Position numbers and translations under genes: made by a program
Shown: positions 1 to 13,560 of the stretch, one piece after another
Numbering within the stretch: position 1 is the stretch's first letter
Layout of the letters: each line of letters begins with the position of its first letter
The notes under the pieces: generated by a model
The model's input: the letters and a program-made list of their open reading frames with translations, nothing else
Databases searched by the model: none
Told to the model about the DNA's origin: nothing
From: Octopus bimaculoides
Taxonomy: Eukaryota
NCBI RefSeq assembly: GCF_001194135.2
Contig: NC_069002.1
Coordinates: forward strand, 34,454,573-34,518,572
Length of the DNA: 64,000 nt
Reading direction: 5' to 3'

Positions 1-125
1 TATACATATATATGCACATAAATATATACATATATATGCACATAAATATATACATATATATGCACATAAATATATACATATATATGCACATAAATATATA
101 CATATATATGCACATAAATATATAC
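1..125. repeat. 24-bp minisatellite (TATACATATATATGCACATAAATA) x5 plus partial copy
   Basis: Unit repeats exactly at 1, 25, 49, 73 and 97; it explains the MHINIYIY-repeat ORF. Confidence 0.95.
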
Positions 126-736
126 ATTTATACACATATATACAAATATATAGATGTAAACAGTTTGAAGTTAGATTCGTCCTATAATTCGGAGGTTTCA
201 AAAGAAATTTTTTATATTGATTCTTCATATGTTGCTGGTAGCTTAGTGGCGTAAAATTGCGAATATGTAAATGATACTTGTATAGGATGTGCTGCGAATT
301 TATGGAAAGAAATCCCATAAAACACAACACTTTAGTTAAGAATGAAGAGAATTTCTTGAAATATATAAGAGAATTTTAATTCATACAGACGATCGTTTCG
401 TATATAGATATAAATATAATGCAAATTCATGATTCGATTGAATTAAATTAAATTAATTAATTATATATCAATGCTCTCTTCAGTGCAAGAAGTGTAAACA
501 AAATGTTTACAACGAACTTGAAATAGGAAATAGCAGAAAAGGATGTAGGAGATTCATATTTATCCTGATCAGAAAAAGAGAGATGCTAATCCAGTTAGGT
601 ATTAACTATAGTTAATACCACACGAACATACACACGCACGTACACAAACTCATTCACACACACGCACGCTTACACACCCACATACACAAACATGATAGGT
701 TTCTTTCAATTTTCGTGTACGATATCCACTTATAAG

Positions 737-855
737 GTTTTAATTGATCCGATACTATGGCAGATTGGACTGGCCCAACGGCCAAGCAGTGAGATTGAAC
801 CTCGAGCGTGGGGTTAGGAAGCCACTAAATTTCAATACTTTTTAGCCATACAACC
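737..855 (-). mobile_element. SINE family B, degenerate 5' head
   Basis: Reverse complement ...GGCTTCCTAACCCACGCTCGAGGTTCAATCTCACTGCTTGGCCGTTGGGCCAG resembles the family B head at 19229 and 2540. Confidence 0.45.
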
Positions 856-1155
856 AAATATGTTAGATAAACGAGTAACCTTTTCAAGAACGGAGTACAT
901 AATAAGCAAAAAAAGCCAATAGATGTAAGAACTTAGGAGAATTTAACACATTGATAGAGGTTACACATGTTTCATAACATCATATATTTCAATGTAGATG
1001 TGTATATGGTTATATATATTAGTATTACAACTGGTCTTATAATTCTGAGTGAATTGTAAGATATATATATAGATATTCACTGCTACTGTTAAAAAATTAA
1101 TTACATCTTCATCCAAGTGTGGTTTACTAAATAATCTATGTTGTACTTTGCAGAC

Positions 1156-1229
<74 letters not shown>

Positions 1230-2539
1230 AGGCCATCGAATAGTTGTGTAACTGTGTGCGTATACCATTGCGTGTGTGTTCCTATGTCTCTCTATCTGTT
1301 TATGAGTAAGGATATGTGTTCGTCTTTCTACTTTTATCTGAGAGCCACCGATAGACGCCAGTTGTTTAGCTTACGTCACTGTATCCCACGAGTTTGTAAA
1401 ATTATTTCGTCTAAAATCTCTCTATAAATAACATGTTTTGATATCAGATGATATAACACATGCTTTGTTAAACATTAAATAATTAACAAGAACTAAAATC
1501 GGTTAGCATTTCACTATGAAATTTTAAAAATATAATGAAATGTAGTACTGAGTTTCCCAGTTGCCAAATTAAACACGTTCATGATGATTAGCAAATGTTT
1601 ACATTGCTGGAAACCAAATAATATTAATGATAATGAACGACACCTCCAGTATTCATTAATAATTCATGTTACTAAAATATTAGCAAATGTGTGCCTATCA
1701 TATCATGACAAACAAATGTGACAGAGTTCATAGTACAAAACGTGGCTTCTTAGTATGTTATTTAATGATAGGCAGTACAAACCAAAGCAATATCACAAGA
1801 CTTGAATTTAACCAGCAAACGCTGCTAAACGCAAACATCGCTGCAGACAATATATACTCACACATTACTTGTTAATGGTATCTCTACAGATATTCTATAG
1901 AAAAAATAGCAAGCACTGATTTTCGTTACAATGTTCCGTATAGTAAAATGAGATCGAAGATGAGGAAAGGGTAATAGGTGCATATGCCATAATTCGGGAG
2001 TATTTTCTGGTCCATCAGCATCCAGCCAACATTTCAACCATTCTCGAAATCATTGCTTTTATAGTCACTGTCTACAGCAGTGTTTAGTCATTGGATATAA
2101 CACTTTACACATTAAACGCATCTGTGGAATACTCCCGCATATTTAAACACAAACACAATGTCAGAAACACCAGCGTGGAGATGGTTTGAGCTCTTGTGAA
2201 CGTAAACTGTATCTTCGTTAGGCTTCATGTCATATTTTTTAAATAACGATCTTACCGTGCGTGCGTGCGTGCGTGCATGCGTGCGTGCGTGTGTGCGTGT
2301 TTGTGTGTGATAGCTGAATGACCTGTCGTTGCTGAGGTTACTGCTGATCATATTCAGTTTGGTAAAAAATGTATTCTCAGAATTATTTCAAAACTTCTAT
2401 ATTTTATTTCAAAATATCCAAATTGTAATGACAATAGAATTTCTAACTAAGAATCTGTGAATGTTGAAGCACATCAGGGTGAAAAAAAAATACATTGTGT
2501 AAATGTTTGTTTGTAAGACACCCACTCCCGAGTTTTGGG

Positions 2540-2650
2540 TCTGTTTGCGGCTATAGTAGAAGATATTTGCTGTAGGTACCACGCAGAAGGGCTGAACCCG
2601 GAACGATGTGATTTAGAAGCAAGTTTCTTATCACACAGCCACGCCTATGA
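2540..2650 (-). mobile_element. SINE family B, 5' half
   Basis: Reverse complement GGCGTGGCTGTGTGATAAGAAACTTGCTTC...GGGTTCAGCCC...CTTCTACTATAGCC aligns by eye with 19229-19330. Confidence 0.75.
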
Positions 2651-2653
2651 TAT

Positions 2654-2688
2654 GTGTAGGTGCACACACACACACACACACGCACACG

Positions 2689-2773
<85 letters not shown>

Positions 2774-2775
2774 AT
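2654..2775. repeat. Compound (CA)n(TA)n(TG)n microsatellite
   Basis: Directly visible. Confidence 0.95.
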
Positions 2776-2821
2776 GAATGTACATATTCGAATTTCTTGC
2801 GACCGACATTTCAGTCGTAAT

Positions 2822-3539
2822 NNNNNNNNNNNNNNNNNNNNNNNNNNNNNNNNNNNNNNNNNNNNNNNNNNNNNNNNNNNNNNNNNNNNNNNNNNNNNNN
2901 NNNNNNNNNNNNNNNNNNNNNNNNNNNNNNNNNNNNNNNNNNNNNNNNNNNNNNNNNNNNNNNNNNNNNNNNNNNNNNNNNNNNNNNNNNNNNNNNNNNN
3001 NNNNNNNNNNNNNNNNNNNNNNNNNNNNNNNNNNNNNNNNNNNNNNNNNNNNNNNNNNNNNNNNNNNNNNNNNNNNNNNNNNNNNNNNNNNNNNNNNNNN
3101 NNNNNNNNNNNNNNNNNNNNNNNNNNNNNNNNNNNNNNNNNNNNNNNNNNNNNNNNNNNNNNNNNNNNNNNNNNNNNNNNNNNNNNNNNNNNNNNNNNNN
3201 NNNNNNNNNNNNNNNNNNNNNNNNNNNNNNNNNNNNNNNNNNNNNNNNNNNNNNNNNNNNNNNNNNNNNNNNNNNNNNNNNNNNNNNNNNNNNNNNNNNN
3301 NNNNNNNNNNNNNNNNNNNNNNNNNNNNNNNNNNNNNNNNNNNNNNNNNNNNNNNNNNNNNNNNNNNNNNNNNNNNNNNNNNNNNNNNNNNNNNNNNNNN
3401 NNNNNNNNNNNNNNNNNNNNNNNNNNNNNNNNNNNNNNNNNNNNNNNNNNNNNNNNNNNNNNNNNNNNNNNNNNNNNNNNNNNNNNNNNNNNNNNNNNNN
3501 NNNNNNNNNNNNNNNNNNNNNNNNNNNNNNNNNNNNNNN
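2822..3539. other. Assembly gap (N run). Other gaps: 7135-7368, 12541-13400, 17094-17103, 24742-25143, 30929-31299, 36660-36669, 37651-37660, 38661-39086, 46375-46384, 47686-48050, 50812-50821, 59469-59952, 62556-62710
   Basis: Runs of N, mostly flanked by microsatellites or repeat fragments. Confidence 0.99.
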
Positions 3540-4977
3540 TAATCTTCTTAAATGTATTTTATAATACATTTCTTTCATTGATTCTCTTTTTTCTCTTCTA
3601 ATTTTCTTTTGTTTATTTTCAATTTCTTTACTTGTATTTTTTTCCGTTTCTTTTTCTTCTAACATTCTATTCTTTTTATTTTGTTGTCTTTTTTTTTACT
3701 GTTTTCCAGACATGAAACATTAGACACATAAACTGCTTTATCTTAGATTTTTATCTCACCTTTATTGCAAAACTGATTAGAAATTTTTACTTTGTCAGAG
3801 TTCAAACCATTTTTCTAATTATTTATATATTACTTAAAAGTTTATTTTATTTAATATAGTTTTCTTTTAGTATTTTTTTCCCTATCTCTTTCTCATTATA
3901 CTTTCTCCTCCTTGTTTCTCACTCCCTTTTTCCTTTCCTCCATTCCTTTTTTTTTTCTTTATATTTATATTTCAGTTCAGAATCTCCGGTGAGAATATCA
4001 GCTTTTCAAGAAGAATGGACAATTTCTGATAATTTGCAGCTATTGGTCTGTGGAATCATGAAATTTTTGACTTTTCATTTTTGTTTTTTGTTTTCGTTTC
4101 TACCGATTTTCCTAAAGAAATTATATCTATTAGGTTGTTTGGGTTTCTGTAATTATCTACATGTGTTTGAATATACGTGGCCTGTTCTGTATAGTTGTAT
4201 GTAGTTCGAATATGTGTTGTGTATATGTTTCTTAGTGTCAATTTGATGGTTATTCGTACATGTGTGATAAAAGTTGCTAGCAGCACTGACTTATCTGTAA
4301 GAATTTATAAATAATTATAGAATACACTCTCACACACACATATATACATGTATATACACACACATGCTTTATTTATATACCTATGGGTTTTAAAATTGGT
4401 TGATGTTTACAACAGCTGTTTCAGACGTTTTTTATTGATAAATAAACCTATTACGTCATGACACTTTGATTTTCTTCAGGTGATTTGAAACTTAAAATTA
4501 AATATTTGGTTGAGAAAAACTTTGAACTATGGAATGTATGGTCATCCTCTTGATCCTCAACATTGTGTGTCGCAGCTTTTGCGACTCGTTCTTTTGTAGA
4601 TAACCACATTCCTCCCACAGTACGGAATAAATGATTATTCAAGAGAGGAATAAAATAAAAACGTGTGAGCGTGAGAGACAATAATATGGGAAAAACCTCG
4701 CTCTCGATTGTCCGTCGTCGTGGTCAGTAGTGCATGATGAAAGATTGAATTTGAGCAAAATCCTGCCGTGTATGAACATTTTAAGTGCGATTTTAGTAAC
4801 GGTTCTGATATTATTTTGCCTGAGCATGTTTAACACACAACTCGATTTAACATGTAGCAAATGCTGTCATTTCTGTCAAAGCCAGACCTTACGGGTCAGC
4901 AACAGAGCCACAGAGAATGAATAATCTGTTTACTATTCAGCATGCAACATCTCTGCTTGCACAAGCTGTAGAAAAGA

Positions 4978-5090
4978 ATGTGCAGGCGAGAGAATAATGC
5001 AACGTTTTCGGTAGAATCCCCCCAAGACAGCAGTGCAACAAACACTAAAAGAGGCACTCATAATTACCATAAGTCTGAAAAATGGTAAGT
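4978..5090 (+). other. Weak candidate first exon ending at AAAATG|GTAAGT
   Basis: Consensus donor GTAAGT at 5085-5090, directly after ATG 5082-5084. An alternative open frame runs from ATG 4978 (MCRRENNATFSVESPQDSSATNTKRGTHNYHKSEK). No homology recognised. Confidence 0.15.
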
Positions 5091-5829
5091 TCTTAGCAGC
5101 GTGGTAAATCACATGATTGTTGCTCATGTTTAAGAGAACACTACAGCGATAGCATTGTTCGAAATTGAGTCGAAATCAACACGTTATGTACACATAAACA
5201 CAGAAATTGTTCATACATTTATCTCCTTTGGATAAATTGTACCAGTTTACGACTGGCTTAAGTTACTTGATATATTGAAGCCGTAACAGAAATAAGTAAT
5301 ACACTTTCAGAAGCTACTCTCAATGTCAAGTCTAATCCCATTACATATTTATTTATTTATATATCTATTTATCCATTATTATTGTTTTTGTTGTAGTTGC
5401 CGTTGTTGTTGCTGTTGTTGTTGTTACCATCATAATCACATGTTTATAAACGAATCGTGATGCATTGAAATGCCATCTGAATAAAGCCTGGTGAGATATG
5501 ACCCGATAAGTAAGTAACGGCTGCAAGGATAGAGAGGTTTAATAAATATATTATTAACTACTGCTATATGTATCGATTAATCTCTTAATCTCGTACTTTG
5601 ATCGTAGAATATAGCTAACTATAAATGCAATACACACACATACGCACACACATACTCAGACACACACACATGCACCCACGAACACACACTGCATGGACGG
5701 ATATATGGAAGCCGTGTAACGGAAGCTCATTAAATTAAAAGCATTGTACAATATCCAATATTATTTAATTCGAATATCCAAATTTACAAAGCTGGAGGCA
5801 GCCGCGGTCATCTGGAGCAGGCACTTAAA

Positions 5830-6510
5830 TAAGTTATACATAGCATTACAAGTTTGTATTACTGACTGAGAGAGTAGCTGCATGATGTCCTTATAGACAG
5901 AAGGCAGGTAGTTCTAGCCAATGGTGCCCTTTATGAAGAAACGCAAACTCTGGCGTTCCCGAAGGAACTTTTCTGAGGCAATTACAGTTCATAATAGCTT
6001 TCTTAGACATACCCACAGTCAGTCGGACAGCCATTGTCACTAGCTATGCCGATGATACAAAATTATCACAGGCAATAAAAATTTAAGATGATGTCGCAAG
6101 CTTACATCGGGACCTGCTTTCGATACACAAATGGGCCGAAAAAAGCAGCATGCAGTTTAATGCTGCAACATTTCAAGTCCTGCACTCACGAATGCACTAT
6201 ACTCTGCATACACAGGAGCCAAGGGCACTATAATCCCAGAATCACAGGCAGTTAAATACTTCGAGGGGATCAGTGTGTGCAATGGTGCATCATTTTATAT
6301 GCACATTACCAAGCTGACAGTAAAGTGCTTCAACTGACAGGATGGATACTGAGATTCTTCAAGACAAGCAACCAAGAAATTATGTCGACTGCGGAGAACT
6401 CTTTTTTTTTTCTCAGCGACCTGAATTACTGTTCACAATTATGATCACCAAATAAATAGCCAAATAAATAGCGGGGCTTGAAGCAGTCCAAAGCTACAAC
6501 ATTAAAGAGA
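5830..6510 (+). mobile_element. Decayed CR1/L2-group non-LTR retrotransposon, reverse transcriptase fragment
   Basis: With frameshifts and stops it reads LIDRRQVVLANG..SGVPEGTFL..FIIAFLDIPTVSRTAIVTSYADDTKLSQAIKI*DDVASLHRDLLSIHKWAEKSSMQFNAATFQVL..LNYCSQL*SP..GLEAVQS. YADD is at 6045-6056. The SGVPQG, YADD, MQFN and YCSQxWSP motifs are typical of CR1/L2-group RT. Confidence 0.88.
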
Positions 6511-7025
6511 TTGACACAAATTCATATACATACATGCACGCAAACAATCATACACATATGTGTAGGAATTACACGCTAATATATTGAATTTCAATTCGCA
6601 TCTTTATTTCATTTAACCTTAAACGCTTCACAGTCCAGCTTTCCATTCATAGTTGCAGTGTTAGCTCATAAACCTCACTGCTGTAATCTACAATAATTGT
6701 GGAAATATTGTTTTCTCTTTTTATTAAGTTTTTTGTTTCTTAAATAGTTTCTTTTCGCATTAAATTGCACTAAAGATTTCATTAAATTAAAAATAGCTTA
6801 AATACGTTCTTATTTAAGCTCTCATTTTCATTCTTCTCACGCATGTACGTACAAGTACCAGTATGTGTTCTTTTGTATATACACACGTGTGTATGCACAA
6901 ATATACATACATGCATATGTATAGTTAGATATACATGCTTACACTTACACACCCATGTCTTTTTGCATATGCATACCTATACATGTGTAGATATACATAC
7001 ACACATAACCCACACACACATATAC

Positions 7026-7076
<51 letters not shown>

Positions 7077-7367
7077 TATGTATGTATATATATATAAGAA
7101 ATACAGATCGATGTATATATACATTAAATATATANNNNNNNNNNNNNNNNNNNNNNNNNNNNNNNNNNNNNNNNNNNNNNNNNNNNNNNNNNNNNNNNNN
7201 NNNNNNNNNNNNNNNNNNNNNNNNNNNNNNNNNNNNNNNNNNNNNNNNNNNNNNNNNNNNNNNNNNNNNNNNNNNNNNNNNNNNNNNNNNNNNNNNNNNN
7301 NNNNNNNNNNNNNNNNNNNNNNNNNNNNNNNNNNNNNNNNNNNNNNNNNNNNNNNNNNNNNNNNNNN

Positions 7368-7407
<40 letters not shown>

Positions 7408-7532
7408 GAACACACACATATATATGTATTTTACAATGCACTTTATCAATAGCCTGATTAACAAATACATTTTATGAGTACACCTTTCCTTAGAATATTT
7501 TTGTCGTCTTATATTATTTCTTTACCGCTCAG

Positions 7533-7600
7533 ATGGAATTGTTTCTGCGTCTTTGTATTTTGTTTCTGAAGAACGTCAGTATTTTATTGTTAAAGTGGAG
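7533..7600 (+). other. Weak candidate 68-nt internal exon
   Basis: Acceptor TATTATTTCTTTACCGCTCAG| and donor GAG|GTAACT. Open in two frames (xGIVSASLYFVSEERQYFIVKVE; MELFLRLCILFLKNVSILLLKW). No confident homology. Confidence 0.15.
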
Positions 7601-8644
7601 GTAACTAGAAATAAAACCATTTAGAGAGAGGCAGGTAGAACATAAATCTGTACTGTTATTGTGAGACCTAACATAAAAATGTCAGCATTAGAGTATATAG
7701 GAATATCGGTATTTATACGTTGCAGCCATTTTAATGTTAATTATAAGCCCAATATTTATTATTGTATTGTCTATGCACACATATTTAGATAGGTATGTAC
7801 AATCATCTCAAGCACACAGATGCATAAATGCATTCATGCATGTGTGTGCAATTAAACAGAGTCACTCATACTCAAACACATTCCTCTCAGTCTCCCCCTT
7901 CCCATTACTGTATCATTAAAGCAGTCTGTCTCTCTACATATCACCGTCTTTCTCTCACCATCTACACAATCACACGCATGCACACACATGTGCTCACGCA
8001 CACAGACACGGATACACACACACACACACATGCCTATACACATACACACATGCACACATACTATATATAAAGAGAGAGAGAATGATAGAGAAAGAAAGAG
8101 AGAGAGAGCTCTATGAAATATATTCAAATATAAATATATTGTTGTGGAGAGAGAGGGATGGGTAAATAGTAACATTCAGCTGATATGTAAACATCTACGC
8201 ATCATGGCGTATTCTTGGATTACGACACTATTGTACCTGAGTGCTGTTTAAATAAATGTATGCTCTTCCTAATAAAAGTCTGATGCTAGGTTTACTCTGA
8301 GCATTAATATCTAATCATCTGTAAAATTTTCCGTTAGACAGAAAGTAGTTTTTCCTATTAACAAGTTATAGTAACACTTATGTATCATCATTGTCTGTCA
8401 AATAAGCATCAATAAGATAGTGATGCGCCTTAATATAATCAATCGTGTGTCTTATTTTATAAGCTATGTAGCTTAAATATGTATATGAGTAGGTATGTTT
8501 ATAGGAGAATAAACATAGATATGGAGCGATAGAATCAATTAATTAGACTATATCCCACCAGATTGATTTTTATATATATGATACGAGACTGTTTTCTAAA
8601 TAGGTACTGGTATCATATTTTTGCAGGAATCCAGCAGCTTCGGG

Positions 8645-8797
8645 ATAGGGTGTTAGCCGACTGGTACATATTTTATCAACCCCGAAAGAAAAAAAGTCAA
8701 AGTGGACATTGTCGGAATTTGAACCGAGAACGTAGCAATGTTCGAAAAACTGCCTTACTCTTTGCCCGGCATGCTAACGGTTTTGTTAGCTCGCCTT
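8645..8797 (-). mobile_element. SINE family A, degenerate copy
   Basis: CTGGTACATATTTTATCAACCCCGAAAG...GGAATTTGAACCGAGAACGTA...GCTCGCCTT matches the copies at 18192 and 38341. Confidence 0.75.
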
Positions 8798-11299
8798 TTT
8801 TGTCTATATAGAGTTTGTCTAATAATAGTTTCAAAATGAAAGTTACTCTACGACTTGGCCTTTTCTCCCATCTCACGGAAAATAATTTCAGAGGTTGATT
8901 CATTATATTATATCTCTACGGTTTTGAAAATATTTTGATTCGAGAATAAGATTATCCAACTGTGCGTGTATTTATTTATATAATTTGAAGAATATTTAAC
9001 CTATATTTTCGTAAGAAAGAAGGGCTACTCTACTCCTTTGCGAGAGAAATTTGATTGCTATTTCCACTAAGCAGATCTTAACCACAGAAGTTTGAAAATC
9101 AGTAGATATTTTGTTGTCTACTGTGAACAAATGCCAGAAGATCTGCTGAAAAATATCAATGTTTGCTGATCGAAAACAGCAATCATTGCAATGAAGACAT
9201 TCACCAGAATGATAAATATATTTAAGCGAAAAGTTTTGAAAGAATGGCTGCATGGTCGTAGTTGGAACAACTTTTCCGATAAGTCTGAAGGCAAATTGTT
9301 TAGATACTTGGAAAGTTATACTGACGTAAACGAAAACAGAGTTAAATGACTAGCAAAGAGTTTTTCAGTAAAATAAGTGGTCACATATCAGATACAATGT
9401 ACTCGAAGAAATTAAGTTTGAACTCAGCAGAGCTATGTTACAAAAACTATGTACAAAGGGGAGACTGTGACCTTGAACTTTCTGCTTGGTACAATTTCAC
9501 CTGAATCATAATTTTATTACTTAATAAGTGAAGGTCACATTGAATAATATTCTAGATGGGGACTGAAATATGGGTGAGCAACAATAACATCATTTTCAAC
9601 AACGTTAGCAACAGTTGTAAGCTCTTCTTAAATTGAACTTATTAAGTATGGTTCTGGAAAACGTTGTGTAAATAGCAACCGAATTTTGAAATTTTGAAAT
9701 TCTATAAAAGACAGATTCTTTGAATTATTTGATCCTGGATACAATCTATCTCAGAAAAGAAAATAGCGCCGTCACTGATCATTGTGTCAAATAGTGTTAC
9801 GTAAAGCCGAACGATTAACGTACAGAGTGGATTTTACGACAAACGTGTAAGAAACTTTGGCACGAAGCAGTGCTGCTTACCTGGTACGAACTACGCACTC
9901 CTCAATCTTGTTGTCTAGTCAATCGTGTTTAAAAGACATTCACATTGTTAACATATTGTCTGATATCTACTATTTAAATCATGGCAGTATTGTTTTCAGT
10001 TGACAACTAGACATCACGAGTGCTTCCAAACAAATGTCACGTTAAGATAATATCAGATGTAGCAGCAACGTTTATAGTTAGATGAATGTTTGAGATTACG
10101 CCTTGGATTAAATGGAATAGAAACCGAAATATATTCGTACAGATAACGAGAAAGCAGCGAAAGGTTTACTAAAACTTATTTAAAATTATTAGGAACAATA
10201 GATGTTTGTGTGCGTCATCATAAAACGAAATTTAAGAGTGGCTGCGATATTTATTCTTCAGTAATGGAAGCCATAACAAATATGTAACCATATCGCAATA
10301 AAATGTTCTTTTATTCAATCACTTTGTTTGGTATAATGGTTTCTGCCAGTATACTGTACGCTGCTAGTGAGATTTCGTCTATAGAAATTTCCTTTTGTGT
10401 ATGGCTTATGTCAGTGTATATACATTTCCTCTGTGGTTTAAACAGTACATGTCTTTTTTTCTGTATTGCTTTCTTGGGAGACGATATTAATATTAGGTGT
10501 GTAAGATGGAATTACCTAATGAGGAAGGTGGGGGATAAAATGCCCAACGGTGTCAAATTATATCGCACTATATTCTGAGTTCAAATGTAGCCTTGTCCGT
10601 TATACTTGTCATCGCTGCAAGGTCGATTTTAGAAAATTTCAGTGTTATACTGTGTACTTCTACTACATATACCCTCACGAATATGAGTTCTGATGGGGAT
10701 TACAGAAAACAAATGTAAAATAAGTTGCGATATCTGTTGCATCACAACATATACCAGTTCTTTAGCGGAAAAGAATACGAAATATACGGGCAGAGAAATA
10801 GATTGATAGAGAGATATGTAGGTATATAAATAGATAGATAGAGAGAGAGGGGGAGGTAGAGATAGATACATAGATGGATACATAGATAAATTTAAATATA
10901 TACATAGAAATATAAGAGAGGGAGAGAAATAAAGTATATATTTTGTATCTAAATATAGGTTTACTACTTAAGGCGGAGTTCTGGATGGACATGCGATCTG
11001 GTGTTTACAGCTGAATATAAAGATGTTACTCCTAATTAACGAACAATAAAGACAAAACCATGTGGCCCCCAGCTTTTGCGTCTCGGGAACGTGGAGTTAA
11101 ATAAACAAGCGCTCTATAAAGCGTATTGAAAGGATTAAAGGGTAAAATGTAATTAACTGTAAAATACAGCATGACATTCTATGCCACACAAGTCGTTCCC
11201 TCGTATATGATCAACATTATACTTTAGAATAATAGTTCCTAACACAAGGGGGTGACATAATCATTAGCAAGCCCGGGTTAATACTTAACAGCACCTCGT

Positions 11300-11405
11300 C
11301 CGCCCCTAGGTTCAAAGTTTAAATTTCTCGGAGGCCGACTTTGCATTTCGTCATTTTCTGAGTTGAGAAAATAAGTATCATTTGTGCACTGGCGTTTATG
11401 TGACA
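11300..11405 (+). mobile_element. SINE family A, partial
   Basis: GGAGGCCGACTTTGCATTTCGTCATTTT..GAGAAAATAAGTATCA is the family A core in sense orientation. Confidence 0.55.
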
Positions 11406-11483
11406 TATTTACTTCCTCATGCGAAATTGTTGGCTATACTCGGGAATTCACTGTTTCGACCTGCATATGTGAATCAATTTCAC

Positions 11484-11720
11484 TCACAGAATCCAAACAT
11501 TCGAAAAGGCAGATAGTTGCAGCTGCCAGTGGGTACGTGTTCTCAGTGTGTCCATGAGGCGGCCAGCCAAAATACTCCAGTTCATTCTGTGTTGTACTGC
11601 GTTCAAACAAACAGCTAGGCTCTGGTTTCTGGCAAATTCTTTGATGTCAATCCAGTTGAATATTCTGATATTATTAATTGGCAGGGAACTCGCTGTCTTC
11701 TTTATTTCGTTATGTTTCAT
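11484..11720 (-). mobile_element. RTE-clade LINE, 3' end of ORF relic
   Basis: Minus-strand frame NWIDIKEFARNQSLAVCLNAVQHRMNWSILAGRL resembles the RTE C-terminal pattern W.D.IKEW...SL..CL..A.DR..WR (recalled family consensus). Confidence 0.5.
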
Positions 11721-11747
11721 CTCTCAATAAATATGTACATTCACACA

Positions 11748-11796
<49 letters not shown>

Positions 11797-12189
11797 GTGT
11801 GCGTGTCTGTGTATACAAGTTCATATATCTATTTTTCTATCTCTCTGTATGTCTGTCTGTCTCTCTCTCTCTCTCTCTTGTATATATATAATACCTTATA
11901 AAACTCAATAAAATAGGGGAGGAAAGAGGCAATTTATGGCTGGGGGAATTATAACAAATACTTACATCGAAAAATAAATTAGCACTAGACAAGAAAGAAG
12001 TTTTCATTGCTTACTCACACAACGTTTTCTTTTAAAACAATTTAATTAACAAAATGCATTAATTTACATAATTTCAACAAAACATTTTCTCTAACCATAA
12101 CTATAATCACTATAATAATAAAGGCGCATATAAAAAATAGAAGTATAGAATTCACTTTACAAGATTATGTATAATATAAACACTTTAAG

Positions 12190-12310
12190 AGATGGAAGGC
12201 CTAGTCGACCACGGCGGAATTTGAACCTACAAGAAGACGGGCGATATGCTAGTAAGCATTTTGCGCAGCATATAAATGTTTCTATCAGTTCACCAGCTCA
12301 CCGCCTTGAC
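12190..12310 (-). mobile_element. SINE family A, 5' half
   Basis: GTCGACCACGGCGGAATTTGAACC...AAGCATTTTG...CAGCTCACCGCCTT. Confidence 0.75.
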
Positions 12311-12350
12311 ATACGTACACTAAACATATGTAAATAAATATATGCTTACA

Positions 12351-12400
<50 letters not shown>

Positions 12401-13400
12401 TAAGGTTGAGGAGGGTATTGGATTTAACCAAACCCAAGAGGATACAGGTAATACCGAGTAAGTGCTGTATACCGATTAGTTTGCCCCAGTCGTTGTATGA
12501 ATAGGATTGGGGATTATAAGTCGTGTATTAGCGTGTGTATNNNNNNNNNNNNNNNNNNNNNNNNNNNNNNNNNNNNNNNNNNNNNNNNNNNNNNNNNNNN
12601 NNNNNNNNNNNNNNNNNNNNNNNNNNNNNNNNNNNNNNNNNNNNNNNNNNNNNNNNNNNNNNNNNNNNNNNNNNNNNNNNNNNNNNNNNNNNNNNNNNNN
12701 NNNNNNNNNNNNNNNNNNNNNNNNNNNNNNNNNNNNNNNNNNNNNNNNNNNNNNNNNNNNNNNNNNNNNNNNNNNNNNNNNNNNNNNNNNNNNNNNNNNN
12801 NNNNNNNNNNNNNNNNNNNNNNNNNNNNNNNNNNNNNNNNNNNNNNNNNNNNNNNNNNNNNNNNNNNNNNNNNNNNNNNNNNNNNNNNNNNNNNNNNNNN
12901 NNNNNNNNNNNNNNNNNNNNNNNNNNNNNNNNNNNNNNNNNNNNNNNNNNNNNNNNNNNNNNNNNNNNNNNNNNNNNNNNNNNNNNNNNNNNNNNNNNNN
13001 NNNNNNNNNNNNNNNNNNNNNNNNNNNNNNNNNNNNNNNNNNNNNNNNNNNNNNNNNNNNNNNNNNNNNNNNNNNNNNNNNNNNNNNNNNNNNNNNNNNN
13101 NNNNNNNNNNNNNNNNNNNNNNNNNNNNNNNNNNNNNNNNNNNNNNNNNNNNNNNNNNNNNNNNNNNNNNNNNNNNNNNNNNNNNNNNNNNNNNNNNNNN
13201 NNNNNNNNNNNNNNNNNNNNNNNNNNNNNNNNNNNNNNNNNNNNNNNNNNNNNNNNNNNNNNNNNNNNNNNNNNNNNNNNNNNNNNNNNNNNNNNNNNNN
13301 NNNNNNNNNNNNNNNNNNNNNNNNNNNNNNNNNNNNNNNNNNNNNNNNNNNNNNNNNNNNNNNNNNNNNNNNNNNNNNNNNNNNNNNNNNNNNNNNNNNN

Positions 13401-13490
13401 AAAGAGCGTAGGCTCGAAACGTTAAAGACTTTCTCACCTCCCGAGCGGTAAACTAATGCATTTGCTTGTTGTTTACACACCCATGTTCGA
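13401..13490 (+). repeat. Dispersed repeat, Penelope-type terminal sequence; second copy at about 31376-31460
   Basis: AAGAGCGTAGGCTCGAAACGTTAAAGACT..TCCCGAGCG versus AAGAGTTTAGGCTCGAAACTTCAAAGACA..TCCCGAGCG. The family assignment is from recall. Confidence 0.5.
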
Positions 13491-13512
13491 CCTTTTTTTA
13501 GTAAATTCCATC

Positions 13513-13560
<48 letters not shown>

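Noticed and set aside
12-254. 80-aa ORF with MHINIYIY repeats
   Set aside because: Translation of a 24-bp minisatellite.
2660-3665. Long X-containing ORFs here and at every other N gap
   Set aside because: Artefacts of reading through N runs.
11488-11600. Minus-strand exon candidate (ELEYFGWPPHGHTENTYPL..|GTGAGT)
   Set aside because: Better explained as an alternative frame of an RTE LINE 3' relic.
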